Shown here: one piece after another, positions 61,906-64,000 of the stretch
Numbering within the stretch: the stretch's first letter is position 1
Layout: the number at the start of each line of letters is the position of its first letter
Source of the DNA: Macrostomum lignano
Lineage: Eukaryota
Direction of reading: 5' to 3'
DNA length: 64,000 nt
NCBI GenBank assembly: GCA_002269645.1
Contig: NIVC01004003.1
Span: 1,379 to 65,378, forward strand
Notes under the pieces: generated by a model
Databases searched by the model: none
The model's input: the letters and a program-made list of their open reading frames with translations, nothing else
Told to the model about the DNA's origin: nothing
Position numbers and translations under genes: made by a program

Positions 61906-63240
61906 GTACATGCCTAACGATAAAAAATTTAGGGATTTCTCCACTATTTTTTCAATACAAGAGTGCTTTTATATCCCTTATAACTTGTATCCTTATATAA
62001 CTTATAACTTATATCCCTTCGATTTACATAGAACGCTACCAGTGCATAATAGGAACGCTACCAATAAAGGACGAAAAATCGCAGATATATACTCAGACAG
62101 ATACTACTCAGGCATTACTCAGTCAATTAATTAGATATCTACTAAGAACAACACGCAGTCCTTATTCTAAGATCTATGCTCCAAAGTAAAACCCCCGTAA
62201 CAACTTGGTGGCATTAGTGGAATTTTAGAGGACAAAACTAGGAGCCCTTTGAAGCGTTTAATGAGCGGAGCAACCGGAGGGAGGGGAGAGGCAAAGTCAG
62301 GGATAGAAGCAGACTGGCCAAATATCCGGGATTTTGTCGGCATTTATTAGTGGACCAGCCCAAGGAGAACTTAAACCAGAAGCTGGGAGAAGCAACTCCT
62401 GACCAAAGCTTTTATAGTTTTAGCGCGTAGAGGCGGGCTGGAGTCACTCCTTTGTGGGCTCAGGCTAAACGGAATAAAATTTATGGTTTTGGACCAGAGT
62501 AAATTAGCCTTCCGACATCGAGAGAGAGATGCATCAGCCCGGCAGTAGGCACCTCAGATGGTTGGCTGCTCAAGCGGTATTAACCTCTGTCGTTTAGTAA
62601 TAAGCATTTGCTTTGTAGCTTCATAGGATTTAGCCAGTCATCATGCTAACTGATTAGTTAGGGTATGAATAACTGCCACAGGCAATTCCAATTAGTGCAT
62701 AAAATGTAGTGCAGAGTAGCTTCATATGCAAGCGGATAGATATGGGCAGAGTGTAACAACAGAATGCAGTGTAGGTTGTGTAGCATGGAATGCGACAGAG
62801 TGTAGCTAGCGTAGAATGTAAAATAAATTGTAGCATTTAGCAGAGAGTAAAACGTTGAGTGTAGCACAGAATGTAACATCGAGTGTAGCTCAATGTGTAG
62901 CATTGAGTTTAGCATCGGTGTACTGTATAACATAAGATTTGTAGAGGATATGCTCATACATTTGTATCGCTCGAAATATGCAATTCTATGAAAATAGAAA
63001 TTGTAATAAAAATAGAAATAAAGTCTAAAAAATCAGTAGCTAGGCATAACGGTAGGAAAATTTAAACAATTTGTGCTCAAGACTAGAAAAACTGTACAAG
63101 TACGCTCATTTTTCGCCACTTACTCATTGTGATCGCGGTATCTCAGGGGCTCTTTTGACAGACTGTAAAAGACTGCTTACAACAACATTATATAAATCTC
63201 TGAGTATTTTTGCTGCTTTTTTAATTTTACACAAGGGGGG

Positions 63241-63482
63241 CTACCAGAATTTATCGAACTCAGTTGGTGCTCTGTGCAGCTGCGAAGCATTTTCGACTCT
63301 GTTAAAAGGATATCGACACTTCGGACTTGCTGACTGCACCGTTGTCCGCTTGCAGTTGGATTTCGGTGCTCGGGGTGATTTTTTCGCCGTTCCCGTCAGT
63401 TTCAGCGCTGCCAGTTGGACCAGATGAATGACGAGCTCCAGCACCTCTAGCAGGGTGATGATTGACACTCCGACCCACAGGC
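63241..63482 (-). CDS. DEG/ENaC channel, last exon (TM2 and cytoplasmic tail)
   Basis: AATGCAG|GC CTG: GLWVGVSIITLLEVLEL is the ENaC TM2 with the GxS filter; upstream exons lie beyond the window. Confidence 0.85.
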
Positions 63483-63534
63483 CTGCATTTGGTTGTGGTC
63501 GGAACTTTTCAGCACCAGCCATCTGGAGACAAGC

Positions 63535-63863
63535 ACCACTGTAGTACGTATAGTAGGACGTAAAACTCAAAGATCGTGCAATTTTTAGGAGGCCGATTTC
63601 CCGAAAAAATGCACTGTGGATATAGAAAATTTTCATGGTTTCCTCACAAAATCAATAGTTGCATTTGATCTGGGGCAATCAAGATTACCATTCCCTTAAT
63701 TTAGAATGCACGCATGTTACTCTTTATCACTCGTATTTTATATAGTTGTGCAGTGAAGTTTTCCTTTGTATGCTGTTTCCTTCATGAATCAAGAAAAAGG
63801 AATTTGATTTTTCATGCAATAAAATTGCTTCTTTGAGTTTTACGTCTGTTATACTACAGTGGT
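63535..63863. mobile_element. Possible MITE in the ENaC intron
   Basis: Imperfect about 35-bp inverted ends ACCACTGTAGTA...GACGTAAAACTCAAAGA / TCTTTGAGTTTTACGTC...TACTACAGTGGT; no TSD identified. Confidence 0.5.
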
Positions 63864-64000
63864 ATTTGGGTATAGTTATAATTTCGCATCGACTTAAAAA
63901 CACTGAGTCCAGCTGTGGCCATTTTTATTATTTGAGGCACTGGATGCATACGTAGGATATTTTCTGAACGAAAAGCTCTATGAATAGCAATAGACTCTAA

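Overview
Eukaryotic, spliceosomal-intron, repeat-rich genomic DNA; the LINE and GPCR styles suggest a free-living flatworm such as Macrostomum (inference). Host genes, all on the minus strand unless noted: (1) at 1-6692 a run of exons joined by mostly phase-compatible GT-AG junctions that together spell SH3-SH3-ankyrin-(SH3)-ankyrin-acidic linker-ankyrin-CASPASE, the caspase domain being missed by the ORF track because it runs off the left edge; several frameshifts interrupt it; (2) a 4-exon stum/SPEC3-family gene; (3) a rhodopsin-type orphan GPCR; (4) intronless CISD3; (5) 5-exon FARSA (499 aa, intact); (6) a 2-exon small secreted-peptide candidate (plus strand); (7) the last exon of a DEG/ENaC channel. 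Mobile DNA: a full-length Ty3/Gypsy element with TSD (8375-13103); two Crypton-like tyrosine-recombinase elements, the second forming a nest that contains a P element (8-bp TSD, inside the recombinase ORF) and a 9.4-kb EnSpm/CACTA element (2-bp TSD), which itself carries a BEN-domain gene and a deleted Gypsy; several MITEs, tRNA-SINEs, a LINE fragment and about 15 unrelated minisatellite arrays. No CRISPR, rRNA or true tRNA gene was found. Best leads: the SH3/ankyrin-caspase gene (with an Asp-free, very short intersubunit linker) and the GAA-triloop hairpin plus CCATAGAC end structure of the tyrosine-recombinase elements.
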